DNA from: an uncultured bacterium
GTDB taxonomy: Bacteria > Desulfobacterota > Deferrimicrobia > Deferrimicrobiales > Deferrimicrobiaceae
Assembly: GCA_964612075.1 (NCBI GenBank)
Contig: CAZTFC010000003.1
Span: forward strand, 734 to 64,733
Direction: 5' to 3'
Length of the DNA: 64,000 nt
Positions 29,225 through 38,130 of this stretch are shown here, in pieces. The notes under the pieces are model-generated. The model saw nothing but the letters and a program-made list of their open reading frames with translations, had not been told where the DNA came from and did no database searches. The translations under genes were made by a program, and so were the position numbers. The stretch's first letter is position 1, and each line of letters begins with the position of its first letter.

Positions 29225-29899
29225 ATGTCCGGGACAATCTTCGTCGTCGAGGACGAGCCGAGGCTTTCCTCCCTGCTGGCGGATTACCTGCGGCAGGCGG
29301 GTTTCGAGCCGCTTTGCGTCGCGGACGGCCGGGAGGTCGTCCCGCGGGTGCGGGAGCAGGCGCCGGACCTGGTCCTGCTCGACCTGATGCTGCCGGGGAA
29401 GGACGGCATCGAGATCTGCAAGGAGATCCGCGCCTTCTCCTCCGTCCCGATCGTCATGGTGACTGCGCGGGTCGAGGAGATCGACCGCCTGCTCGGGCTG
29501 GAGCTGGGCGCCGACGACTACATCTGCAAGCCGTTCAGCCCCCGGGAGGTCGTCGCGCGGGTCAAGGCGGTGCTGCGCCGCGCCGGCGGGCGAAAGGAGG
29601 ATCCGCACCCGGGCCTTCTGCTCGACAAGGAGCGGTTCAAGGCGGTCCTCCACGGCCGTGACCTCGATCTCACCGTCGTGGAGTTCCAGCTAATGAGCTT
29701 TCTCGCGGAGCATCCCGGGCAGATCTTCTCCCGTTCCCGGCTGATGGACCGGATCTACCCCGACCGCCGCGTCGTCAGCGACCGGACCATCGACAGCCAC
29801 GTGAAAAAGCTGAGAAGGAAGATCGAGGCGGCTGCGCCCGGCGAGGAGTGGATCCACTCGGTCTACGGAGCGGGATACAAGTACGAGGAGCCCTCATGA
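29225..29899 (+). CDS. BaeR-like OmpR-family response regulator
   Basis: LLDLMLPGKDG, LELGADDYICKPFSPREV, RTIDSHVKKLR, SVYGAGY. Confidence 0.94.
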   Translation: MSGTIFVVEDEPRLSSLLADYLRQAGFEPLCVADGREVVPRVREQAPDLVLLDLMLPGKDGIEICKEIRAFSSVPIVMVTARVEEIDRLLGLELGADDYICKPFSPREVVARVKAVLRRAGGRKEDPHPGLLLDKERFKAVLHGRDLDLTVVEFQLMSFLAEHPGQIFSRSRLMDRIYPDRRVVSDRTIDSHVKKLRRKIEAAAPGEEWIHSVYGAGYKYEEPS

Positions 29900-32106
29900 C
29901 GCTGTCCGACCCGATCTTCACGACGCTCGACCCCGACCAGCGCAAGGCCGTCCTCCACGACGGCGGCCCGCTCCTCCTGGTGGCGGGCGCCGGGTCCGGC
30001 AAGACCCGCGCGATCGTGGCCCGCATCCTGCGGCTGATCCACGACGGCGTCCCGGCGCGCAGCATCCTGGGGATCACGTTCACCAACCGGGCGGCGGGGG
30101 AGATGCGGGAACGCGTTGTGAAGGCGCTCTCCGGGGGAGGGTCCGCCTCCGTGGGCGACCTGCTGGCCCGGTCGTTCCCGGCCCCCGATCCCCGGAGGCC
30201 CGACCTTCCCTGGCTGGGCACGTTCCACGCCTTCGGGGCCTCGCTCCTGCGCCGCCACGGGGACCGGATCGGGCTCTCCCCGCGCTTCGTCATCTACGAT
30301 GTCCGCGACCAGCACGACGCGCTGAAAGGCATCCTGAAAGAGCTGAACGTCGACGAGAAGAAGTTTCCCCCCTCGAAGTTCGCGTGGCTCATCGAGCGGT
30401 CGAAGAGGGACGGCGTGACCGTCGAAGCGGCGGCGCTGGCGGCGGGGTGGCGGTTCGTCACCATGGCGGAGCAGGTCGGGAAGGCGTACGACGCGGCGCT
30501 CAAAGAGGCGGGCGCGGCGGATTTCGCCGACCTGATCCGGCTGCCCGTCACGCTGTTGCGGGGCGCGCCGGACATCCTCGATTCCGTGCGGGCCGAATAC
30601 CGGCACTTCCTCGTCGACGAGTTCCAGGACGTCGACGCCGCGCAGGCGGAGCTCACCGAGCTGATCGCCCTGGGGGCCGACTCGTTCTGCGCGGTCGGCG
30701 ACGAGGACCAGTCGATCTACGGGTGGCGGGGCGCCTCCGCGGGGCCGATGCTGTCGTTCGAGCGCCGCTATCCCGGGGCGAGGGTGATCCACCTGTCGAC
30801 GAACTACCGCTCCCGGGCGTCGATCCTCTCCGTGGCGGGGGCGCTCATCTCGAAGAACCGGATGCGCCGGGAAAAGGAGATCGTCCCGTCGCGGGAGGGG
30901 GGGCGGCCGCCCTCGATGTCGGTGTACCCGGACCAGGAGGCGGAGGGGCGCGAGGTGGCCTCGGCGGTCGCCCGCGAGATCGGCTCCGGCGTCGCCCCCA
31001 CGGAGATCGCGGTCTTCTACCGCGTGAACGCCCAGTCCCGGGCGGTCGAGGACGCGCTCCGGATGCTGCGGATCCCGTACGTCCTGCGGGGGGCGCTCTC
31101 CTTCTATGAACGGGCCGCGGTCCGCGACGCCGTGTCGTACCTGAAGTGGTTCCTCAATCCCGGCGACGCGGTGTCCCTCAAGCGGCTCCTGAAATTCCCG
31201 CGGCGCGGCGTCGGCGAAGCGACGCTCTCCCGGGCGAGGGAAGCGTCGCGGCGCGAGGGGGTCCCCTTGGCGGAAACGCTCCGGCGCATACCGAACCTGG
31301 CGCCGTTGTTCGACTTCCGGGACCTGTGGATGTCCGAGCTGCCGCAGATGTCCCCCGCGGAGGCGATGTACGCCCTGTTGAAGGGCGCCGGCTATCTCGA
31401 CGCCCTGGAGGCGGCCGCGAAGGACCCCGGGCCGGACCGGGACGGCGCGGGGAAGGAGGAGGACCTCGAGAACGTCCGGGAGCTGTTCCGCGTGGCGGAG
31501 GGATTCCCGGGGGCGGGGGAGGACTCCCTGCGGGAGTTCCTCGAGAAGATGACACTGGCGGCCGAGGAGAACGGGGGAGAGGAGGCCGAGGCGGTGCGGC
31601 TGATGACGCTGCACAACGCCAAGGGGCTGGAGTTCGACGTGGTGTTCCTCGTGGGGCTGGAGGACGGGCTGCTCCCGCACTCGCGGTCGCTCGAGTCGAA
31701 CGCGGAGCTCGAGGAGGAACGGCGGCTGTTCTACGTTGGGCTGACCCGCGCCCGGGAGAAGGCGTTCCTGTCGCTGGCGCGCAGGCGCAACCTCTTCGGC
31801 TCCTTCCGGGACACGGTCCCGTCCCGGTTTCTGTACGACCTGCCCTCGGCCCTGGTGAACTGGGAGGGAGCGCCCCCGGCCGCCGCGCCGGCCGCGCCGC
31901 CGCGCCGGCCGGGCGAGATCCGCTACGAGCGGGAGGAGCCCTCAGGCGCCGGCAGCCCCCGCAGGGTGCGCCACCCCATTTTCGGGGAAGGGAAGGTCGA
32001 AGCGGTGGAAGGGGACGGGGCCGACCGGAAGATCATCGCCCGCTTCCCGGTTTACGGGCTGAAGAAGATCCTGGTTCGGGCCGTGGCGATGGATTTCATC
32101 GACTAA
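29896..32106 (+). CDS. pcrA: UvrD/PcrA/Rep superfamily 1 DNA helicase
   Basis: AGAGSGKT, TFTNRAA, VDEFQD, VGDEDQSIYGWRGA, NYRS, TLHNAKGLEF, EEERRLFYVGLTRA; C-terminal Tudor-like RHPIFGEG. Confidence 0.92.
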   Translation: MTLSDPIFTTLDPDQRKAVLHDGGPLLLVAGAGSGKTRAIVARILRLIHDGVPARSILGITFTNRAAGEMRERVVKALSGGGSASVGDLLARSFPAPDPRRPDLPWLGTFHAFGASLLRRHGDRIGLSPRFVIYDVRDQHDALKGILKELNVDEKKFPPSKFAWLIERSKRDGVTVEAAALAAGWRFVTMAEQVGKAYDAALKEAGAADFADLIRLPVTLLRGAPDILDSVRAEYRHFLVDEFQDVDAAQAELTELIALGADSFCAVGDEDQSIYGWRGASAGPMLSFERRYPGARVIHLSTNYRSRASILSVAGALISKNRMRREKEIVPSREGGRPPSMSVYPDQEAEGREVASAVAREIGSGVAPTEIAVFYRVNAQSRAVEDALRMLRIPYVLRGALSFYERAAVRDAVSYLKWFLNPGDAVSLKRLLKFPRRGVGEATLSRAREASRREGVPLAETLRRIPNLAPLFDFRDLWMSELPQMSPAEAMYALLKGAGYLDALEAAAKDPGPDRDGAGKEEDLENVRELFRVAEGFPGAGEDSLREFLEKMTLAAEENGGEEAEAVRLMTLHNAKGLEFDVVFLVGLEDGLLPHSRSLESNAELEEERRLFYVGLTRAREKAFLSLARRRNLFGSFRDTVPSRFLYDLPSALVNWEGAPPAAAPAAPPRRPGEIRYEREEPSGAGSPRRVRHPIFGEGKVEAVEGDGADRKIIARFPVYGLKKILVRAVAMDFID

Positions 32107-32133
32107 AACCGCCCGCGGGCGGCGCCGGACGTT

Positions 32134-32295
32134 TCAGGAGCCGATGTAGAGCTCGAACTCGCCTTCCCTCTCCCCGCCTTCCGGGCGGGCGTAGGGGACC
32201 TTCATCTCCGCCTCCCGCTTCCGCAGGACGGCGTACAGGAACGTGGCCGTTCCGGCGGCCAGCATGGCGATCAGCATCAATTCGATTTTCTTCAC
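32134..32295 (-). CDS. Small single-TM protein (53 aa), absent from the ORF track
   Basis: GTG start with GGAGAG upstream; MKKIELMLIAMLAAGTATFLYAVLRKREAEMKVPYARPEGGEREGEFELYIGS*; strong GC3 bias. Confidence 0.7.
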   Translation of the reverse strand: MKKIELMLIAMLAAGTATFLYAVLRKREAEMKVPYARPEGGEREGEFELYIGS

Positions 32296-32489
32296 GCGTC
32301 GTCTCTCCGGTCATGGACAGCTTCACATGCCTGCATCGCTATTATTTTAGGGGATCGCGCCGCCTCGGCCAAGTCGAAACGGCCGTTCCGCGGGCTTGCG
32401 CCCCCCCGAAGAATCGTGGTACTGCTGAACCGTCCGGGGAAGTCCACGGAAACTCTTGCGGGTCGGCCGAATCCAACAGGGAGAGATGA

Positions 32490-33098
32490 ATGCCCGCGTC
32501 CGATCGGTGGAAAGAAGACGAAGGGCTGCTGGAGCGGCTTCGCAAGGGTGCGCCCGGGGCGGTGGAGGAATTGTTGCGCCTCTACCAGGGGAAGATCTTC
32601 AGCCTCGCGATGTCGATCCTGAAAAACGAAAGCGACGCGGAGGAGGCGACCCAGGACGTCTTCATGACCGTGATCCGGAAGGTCGGCACGTTCAAGGGGA
32701 ATTCGGCCTTCTACTCCTGGATCTACCGGATCTGCGTCAACACGTGCCTCATGCGCCTTCGGGGGAGGCGGCGCGAGGACACGGTCGCCATCGAGGACTT
32801 CATGCCCGTGTTCACCGAGGAGGGGATGCACGCCTCTCCCGTGGACGACTGGAGCAAGGAAGTCGAGCGGAAGGCGCTGAACGAGGAGCTCGGGAAGATG
32901 ATCCGGAAGTTCACCGAGGAGCTTTCGGAGAAATACAGGGTGGTGTTCGTGTTGAGCGACATCGAGGGGCTGTCCAACGAGGAAACGGCGAAGATCCTCG
33001 GGATGAGCGTGCCCGCGGTGAAATCGAGGCTGCACCGGGCGCGGCTGTACCTCCGGGAGCAGCTTTCGCGCTACCTCCAGGAAGGGAAGGCGGGTTGA
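32490..33098 (+). CDS. ECF sigma-70 factor
   Basis: DAEEATQDVF, FYSWIYRICVNTCL, VFVLSDIEGLSNEETAKILG, VKSRLHRARL. Confidence 0.94.
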   Translation: MPASDRWKEDEGLLERLRKGAPGAVEELLRLYQGKIFSLAMSILKNESDAEEATQDVFMTVIRKVGTFKGNSAFYSWIYRICVNTCLMRLRGRRREDTVAIEDFMPVFTEEGMHASPVDDWSKEVERKALNEELGKMIRKFTEELSEKYRVVFVLSDIEGLSNEETAKILGMSVPAVKSRLHRARLYLREQLSRYLQEGKAG

Positions 33099-33102
33099 CC
33101 CG

Positions 33103-33615
33103 ATGAACTGCAAAGAGCTCGCATACCTCCTCGCCGACTACCTCGACGGGACGATGGACCCGAGGATGCGGGCCGAGCTCGACGAGCACATCGCCCGATG
33201 CAAGCCGTGCAGGATCTTCGCGGAAACCTACCGGTGCACCTGCAGGAAGGCCTCGGAGCTGCGCGACGACATCCACTACGAGATCCCCGACGAGGTGCAG
33301 GTGAGGCTGGCCGCCTTCGTGGCGTCCGCCTCCCGGAAGTACCGGGACAAGATGGACGAATACCGGCGGCAGGCCGAGCGGGAGTGCGAGGAGAAGGTGC
33401 TGGCCTTCTGCCGGGCCGCCATCGAGGGGCACCTCTCCTCGATGGCGGCCATCATGATGGACGGCCACATCGCCATCTGCCCGAAATGCAGGGAATATTT
33501 CGTGGTCTTGCGGAGCGCCCACGGGGAGCAGTGCCTTCCCCCGCGCGAGATCCTGGAGCACGTGGTCCGCCTGCTGGAGTCCCTTCCCCCCGGCGAGGAG
33601 TTCTTCCTGGTTTAG
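33103..33615 (+). CDS. Soluble anti-sigma factor with two zf-HC2 (HxxxCxxC) motifs
   Basis: YLDG...EHIARCKPC and ...GHIAICPKC; no TM segment; 4 nt downstream of the sigma gene. Confidence 0.85.
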   Translation: MNCKELAYLLADYLDGTMDPRMRAELDEHIARCKPCRIFAETYRCTCRKASELRDDIHYEIPDEVQVRLAAFVASASRKYRDKMDEYRRQAERECEEKVLAFCRAAIEGHLSSMAAIMMDGHIAICPKCREYFVVLRSAHGEQCLPPREILEHVVRLLESLPPGEEFFLV

Positions 33616-33793
33616 CCCGCATTTCTCACCAGCCTCCTGCTGCGGCGGCGGATACGGCCATGTCTACTGCGTTGCGCTCGGTCGGGCTCCTCGACGCACC
33701 GTCCAGTGCGCCTCCGGGGCCCTCGGTCGCGACGCCTTGTAGCCACGCCCGTCTCCACCGCCTCGCTACGGACGCTGGTGAGAAATGCGGGCT
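33614..33793. mobile_element. 180-bp palindromic MITE/REP-like element with 20-bp terminal inverted repeats
   Basis: AGCCCGCATTTCTCACCAGC (33614-33633) / GCTGGTGAGAAATGCGGGCT (33774-33793); imperfect internal palindrome. Confidence 0.7.
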
Positions 33794-34750
33794 CTAGATC
33801 TCCCCGTAGTGCTTCTTGAGGCAATCCGGGCAGATGCCGTGCGAAAACTTCGCCTCCGATCGGTCCGTGATGTAGGCGTCCACGGGGACCCACCCGGCCG
33901 GGTCCGCCGGGTCCGCCCCCTCCCTGCGGATCTTCTTGCAATGGGAGCAGATCGGGAGAATCCCCTCGAGGTTGCGGATCTCCCCCCGGGCTTCATTGAG
34001 GCTGCCGACCAGCTCGACGATGCGGCGGCCGAAGAAGAAGAGGACCGCGAGCACGATCCCGGAGAAGAAGATGTGCGTGAGGACCGCCTTGCGGACGGCG
34101 GCGGCGGAGGACTCTTCGTACGGGGCGAACGAGAAGGCGACGCTGATCCCCCCCAGGTTGTCTCCGACACGGTATCCCTGCGCCCCGTGGCACTGCAGGC
34201 AGGATTCCTCCGCCTTCAGCGGCTCCATGTAATGGAATACGCGGCCGCCGCGCGGGCCGAGGACGGCATGCTCCACGGCGCTGCCTTTCGCGAACCGTTC
34301 CAGCGCGGCGCGCTCCCATTCGGACGGCTCGTTGCCGGGGCGCAGCGTCTTCAGGTTGGTGATGTGGACGACGAAGCCTTCCCTGTTCAGGACGTCCGCC
34401 ACGAGGCGGGTCATGTAGGCGGGGTTGACCTTCGTGAGCTTCACGCCGCCGGATGTCCGGACGTCGCGGTCGGGCCCTTCGAGGTACGGGTTGGGCTGCG
34501 TCGTCTCGGTGACGGGCACGTACACCCCCCCGTGGGAGGCGTTCCAGCTCCGCGTCGCGACGATCGTATGGAACAGGGCGTGGCCCGTGGACGCGGCCAG
34601 GCGGAACCGGTCCTGCCGGATGTGGCGGATTTCCTGGTGCAGGGAGAGGCCGGTCAGAAGGGCGAACAGCATGAAGAGGATGATGAAATAATTGCGGGTC
34701 CGCACGACCGGATGCCCGGAGGCGGGGCCCGCGGAGGCGGTTTTTTCCAT
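33794..34750 (-). CDS. Membrane sensor: DUF3365/Tll0287-like heme c domain plus C-terminal four-Cys domain
   Basis: WNASHGGVYV, VNPAYMTR, SCLQCH (CxxCH); C-terminus GILPICSHCKKIR...FSHGICPDC. Confidence 0.85.
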   Translation of the reverse strand: MEKTASAGPASGHPVVRTRNYFIILFMLFALLTGLSLHQEIRHIRQDRFRLAASTGHALFHTIVATRSWNASHGGVYVPVTETTQPNPYLEGPDRDVRTSGGVKLTKVNPAYMTRLVADVLNREGFVVHITNLKTLRPGNEPSEWERAALERFAKGSAVEHAVLGPRGGRVFHYMEPLKAEESCLQCHGAQGYRVGDNLGGISVAFSFAPYEESSAAAVRKAVLTHIFFSGIVLAVLFFFGRRIVELVGSLNEARGEIRNLEGILPICSHCKKIRREGADPADPAGWVPVDAYITDRSEAKFSHGICPDCLKKHYGEI

Positions 34751-34761
34751 ACCCTATAGTA

Positions 34762-35907
34762 TCAATAGAGCTCGTACTTCAACAGACGGCAGTCGATCGG
34801 GCCGTTCATCACCGGGAATTTCCTGGATGCCTTCAGCCCCAGGAAACGGGTGAGGGCGGGGTTTCCCGACAGGAGATACGCCGTCCAGCCGCGGCACCGT
34901 TTCTTCAGCGCCTCACCCAGGTCCCGGTAGAACGCCTCGGCTTCCGCCCCTCCGGGGAGGCGGGCGCCGTACGGCGGGTTGCACAGGATCGTTCCCGGCC
35001 CCTCGCCGGGGGAGAAGAACCGGATGGAACGCGCGGCAAACAGGACCCGTTCGGCCACGCCGGCTCTCGAGGCGTTCCGTATCGCGCCGGAGACCGCCTC
35101 CGGGGAGATGTCGCTCCCCTCGATCCGGACCGGCTTCGCGCGGCGCGCCCCCTCGCGCGCCTCGGAAAGGAGGCTTTCCCATTTCGCGCGTTCGAAGCCG
35201 TGGAGTTTCCCGAACCCGAAGGATCGGCCGAGCGACCCCGGCGCGATGTCGCCCGCGATCAGAGCCGCCTCGATCGGGATCGTCCCCGCGCCGCAGGCGG
35301 GGTCGACCAGCGGCTCCTCCCCCTGCCACCCCGCCAGGAGCAGGAGCCCCGCCGCCAGCGTTTCTTTAAGGGACGCCTCGGTCGGGTGGGCCCGGTAGCC
35401 GCGCCGGTTGAGGCTTTCCCCCGAGGTGTCGAGCGATACGGAGGCGGCGTCGCGGACGATTCGGACGACGATCCGCACGTCCGGCGAAACGGTGTTCACG
35501 TCCGGGCGGCGTCCCAGGGCGTCCCGGAAACGGTCCGCGACCGCGTCCTTGGTCTTCTGCGCCGCGAAATGGGAATGGGTGATGCCCGACTCGCGGACGG
35601 TGGCGTCCACGGCGATGGTGCATTCGGGCGGGAAGAGGTCGGGCCAGGGGACCTTCCGGGCGCCTTCGTAGAGCGCGGCGGGCGTCGGGGCGGGGAACTC
35701 CGACAGCAGCATCACGACCCGGTTCGCCGTCCGCAGCCACAGGTTCGCGCGGTAGCACAGCTCCATGTCCCCGGAAAACGACACGCTCCCCGTGCCGATG
35801 GAGACCTCTTCCCCCCCGAGGGCGGCGATCTCCCCGGCCAGGACCTCCTCGAGCCCCTTGAACGTGGTGGCGAAGAACCGGTGCCTCGGTGCGGCGCGCC
35901 TTTTCAT
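34762..35907 (-). CDS. THUMP-domain RNA methyltransferase (RlmL-like)
   Basis: GLEEVLAGEI, NLWLRTANRV, SGESLNRRGYR, LKETLAAGLL, DPACGAGTIPIEAA, NPPYG. Confidence 0.92.
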   Translation of the reverse strand: MKRRAAPRHRFFATTFKGLEEVLAGEIAALGGEEVSIGTGSVSFSGDMELCYRANLWLRTANRVVMLLSEFPAPTPAALYEGARKVPWPDLFPPECTIAVDATVRESGITHSHFAAQKTKDAVADRFRDALGRRPDVNTVSPDVRIVVRIVRDAASVSLDTSGESLNRRGYRAHPTEASLKETLAAGLLLLAGWQGEEPLVDPACGAGTIPIEAALIAGDIAPGSLGRSFGFGKLHGFERAKWESLLSEAREGARRAKPVRIEGSDISPEAVSGAIRNASRAGVAERVLFAARSIRFFSPGEGPGTILCNPPYGARLPGGAEAEAFYRDLGEALKKRCRGWTAYLLSGNPALTRFLGLKASRKFPVMNGPIDCRLLKYELY

Positions 35908-36074
35908 GGACACATCATACGCTCTCTTGCGGTCTCCCGGTTGCCGACAAGCCTCAATCACCAACCCGCGACACCAACCACAACGACACGGGCCCCCAAG
36001 ACACAAGCCCCGGAGGAGAACTTCTCTACGGAAGGTACGTACGGTAAAGCTATCGATATAGGGGCGAGTGGTTT

Positions 36075-36202
36075 CGGGGGACACTCTTGGCTTTACGCGG
36101 GCGAAGGGAAAGAGTGTCCCCCGCCCAGCTTGAAAGGAATCATGCTTCCTGATTCGCGACGGGTGCATTTCGAGGAAACGTGGTCTTTGAGACCACGTTT
36201 CC
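36075..36202. repeat. Two perfect inverted repeats in the rlmL-gatC intergenic region
   Basis: CGGGGGACACTCTT/AAGAGTGTCCCCCG (36075-36123) and GGAAACGTGGTCT/AGACCACGTTTCC (36174-36202). Confidence 0.8.
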
Positions 36203-36282
36203 CGGGAAACACCCCCCGCAGAGCGATATCGCATATCGATTCCGCGGGGAAGCGCATCCCGACGCCCTCAAGCGCCCCCGTT

Positions 36283-36312
36283 TTGCCTCCCCGCGCGTCC
36301 CTGTGGTAAATT
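36283..36312 (+). promoter_or_regulatory. Sigma70-like promoter for gatCAB
   Basis: TTGCCT-N18-TAAATT with extended TG. Confidence 0.4.
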
Positions 36313-36350
36313 GATCGTCCATCAAACGCGGTGCGTTGAGGAGGGCTTCC

Positions 36351-36641
36351 ATGGCGATCTCGCGGGAGGAAACGCTGCAAGTGGCCCGCCTGGCTCGCCT
36401 TGCGCTCACCGACGCAGAGGCCGACCTGCTGCGGGACCAGCTCGGGAAGCTGCTGGAGTACATGAAGCAGCTCGACCGGCTCGACACCCGCGACGTCGTC
36501 CCCACCTCTCATGCCGTGGAGATGGGAACCCCGTTCCGCGAGGACGTGGTGCGCCCGTTCGGGGACAAGGAGGCGATCCTGAAAAACGCCCCCGACCGCG
36601 CGGGGGACTTCTTCCGCGTGCCGCGGATCATCGAAGATTAG
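36351..36641 (+). CDS. gatC: Asp/Glu-tRNA amidotransferase subunit C
   Basis: [38 protein letters not shown]; RBS GAGGAG. Confidence 0.95.
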   Translation: MAISREETLQVARLARLALTDAEADLLRDQLGKLLEYMKQLDRLDTRDVVPTSHAVEMGTPFREDVVRPFGDKEAILKNAPDRAGDFFRVPRIIED

Positions 36642-36648
36642 GAATGCC

Positions 36649-38121
36649 ATGCCGACCATAGCCGTCCATGAATGGCATCTCCTCGAAGCGGCCCGCAGGG
36701 TCCGGGAGGGGGAGATCTCGTCCCGCGAGCTGACGGAGGCGCTTCTCGACCGGATCGCGGAGCTCGACCCGAAGATCAACGCCTACATCACCGTCCTGCG
36801 GGAAGGGGCGATGGCGGCGGCGGCGGCGTGCGACGAGGAGCAGGCGAGGGGAACCCTGCGCGGCCCGCTGCACGGCGTCCCCGTGGGGCTCAAGGACATC
36901 TTCTGCACCCGCGGGGTGCGCACCACCTGCGGCAGCCGGATCCTCGCCGATTTCGATCCCCCGTACGACGCGATGGTGACGCAGAAGGTCCTCGCCTCCG
37001 GCGCGGTGCTCCTCGGGAAGCACAACATGGACGAGTTCGCCATGGGCTCCTCCACGGAGACGTCGTATTTCGGGCCCACGCACAACCCGTGCGACCCGTC
37101 GCGGATCCCCGGCGGCTCTTCCGGCGGGACGGCGGCGGCGGTGGCCGCGGCGATGTGCTTCGCGGGGGTGGGCACCGACACGGGCGGATCGATCCGCCAG
37201 CCCGCCTCCCTGTGCGGCGTCGTCGGGATGAAGCCGACGTACGGGCGCGTCTCCCGGTACGGGATGATCGCCTTCGCCTCCTCCCTCGACCAGGCCGGGC
37301 CGATCACCCGGTCCGTCGCGGACGCGGCCGCGCTGCTCGGGATCATCGCGGGGCACGACCCGCGCGACTCCACCTGCGTAAACGCGCCGGTGCCCGACTA
37401 CCTCGCCGCCGCGGGAAAGCCCGTGAAGGGGATGCGCATCGGGCTGCCCCGGGAGTATTTCGAGGGCGAGGGGCTCGACCCGGAAGTCAAGGCGGCGGTC
37501 GAGCGGGCGCTATCGATCCTGACGGACCAGGGCGCGGAGGTGGTGGAGGTGTCGCTTCCACACACCGGGTACGCCCTCTCGACGTACTACCTCATCGCGC
37601 CCTCGGAGGCGTCCTCCAACCTCGCCCGCTACGACGGCGTGCGGTACGGCCATCGGGCGGAAGGGGCCGCGAGCCTCATCGAGATGATGTCGAAGACCCG
37701 CGCGGAAGGGTTCGGGGCCGAGGTGAAGCGGCGCATCATGATCGGCACGTACGCCCTCTCCGCGGGGTATTACGAGGCGTTCTACGGGAAGGCGCAGAAG
37801 GTCCGCACGCTCATCCGGCGCGACTTCACGGAGGCCTTCGAACAGGTCGACGCGCTGCTCACGCCCACCACCCCCACCCCGGCGTTCCGGATCGGGGAGA
37901 AAACGGACGACCCGCTGACGATGTACCTTTCCGACATCTTCACCATACCGTGCAACCTGGCCGGCATCCCGGGGATCTCGGTGCCGTGCGGCTTCTCCGC
38001 GGAGGGGCTGCCCATCGGGGCGCAGCTCCTGGCGGGCCCTTTCCGCGAAGAGACGCTGTTCACCGTGGCGGGCGCGATCGAGCAGGCCGTCCCGGCGCCG
38101 TCCGCGGCGCGGGGCGAGTAG
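36649..38121 (+). CDS. gatA: Asp/Glu-tRNA amidotransferase subunit A
   Basis: [52 protein letters not shown]. Confidence 0.97.
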   Translation: MPTIAVHEWHLLEAARRVREGEISSRELTEALLDRIAELDPKINAYITVLREGAMAAAAACDEEQARGTLRGPLHGVPVGLKDIFCTRGVRTTCGSRILADFDPPYDAMVTQKVLASGAVLLGKHNMDEFAMGSSTETSYFGPTHNPCDPSRIPGGSSGGTAAAVAAAMCFAGVGTDTGGSIRQPASLCGVVGMKPTYGRVSRYGMIAFASSLDQAGPITRSVADAAALLGIIAGHDPRDSTCVNAPVPDYLAAAGKPVKGMRIGLPREYFEGEGLDPEVKAAVERALSILTDQGAEVVEVSLPHTGYALSTYYLIAPSEASSNLARYDGVRYGHRAEGAASLIEMMSKTRAEGFGAEVKRRIMIGTYALSAGYYEAFYGKAQKVRTLIRRDFTEAFEQVDALLTPTTPTPAFRIGEKTDDPLTMYLSDIFTIPCNLAGIPGISVPCGFSAEGLPIGAQLLAGPFREETLFTVAGAIEQAVPAPSAARGE

Positions 38122-38130
38122 GGGGCGGCC

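Noticed and set aside
35908-36350. T-box, RNase P, 6S or other known ncRNA upstream of gatC
   Set aside because: No T-box AGGGTGGNACCGCG, no RNase P GAGGAAAGUCC or other signature recognised.
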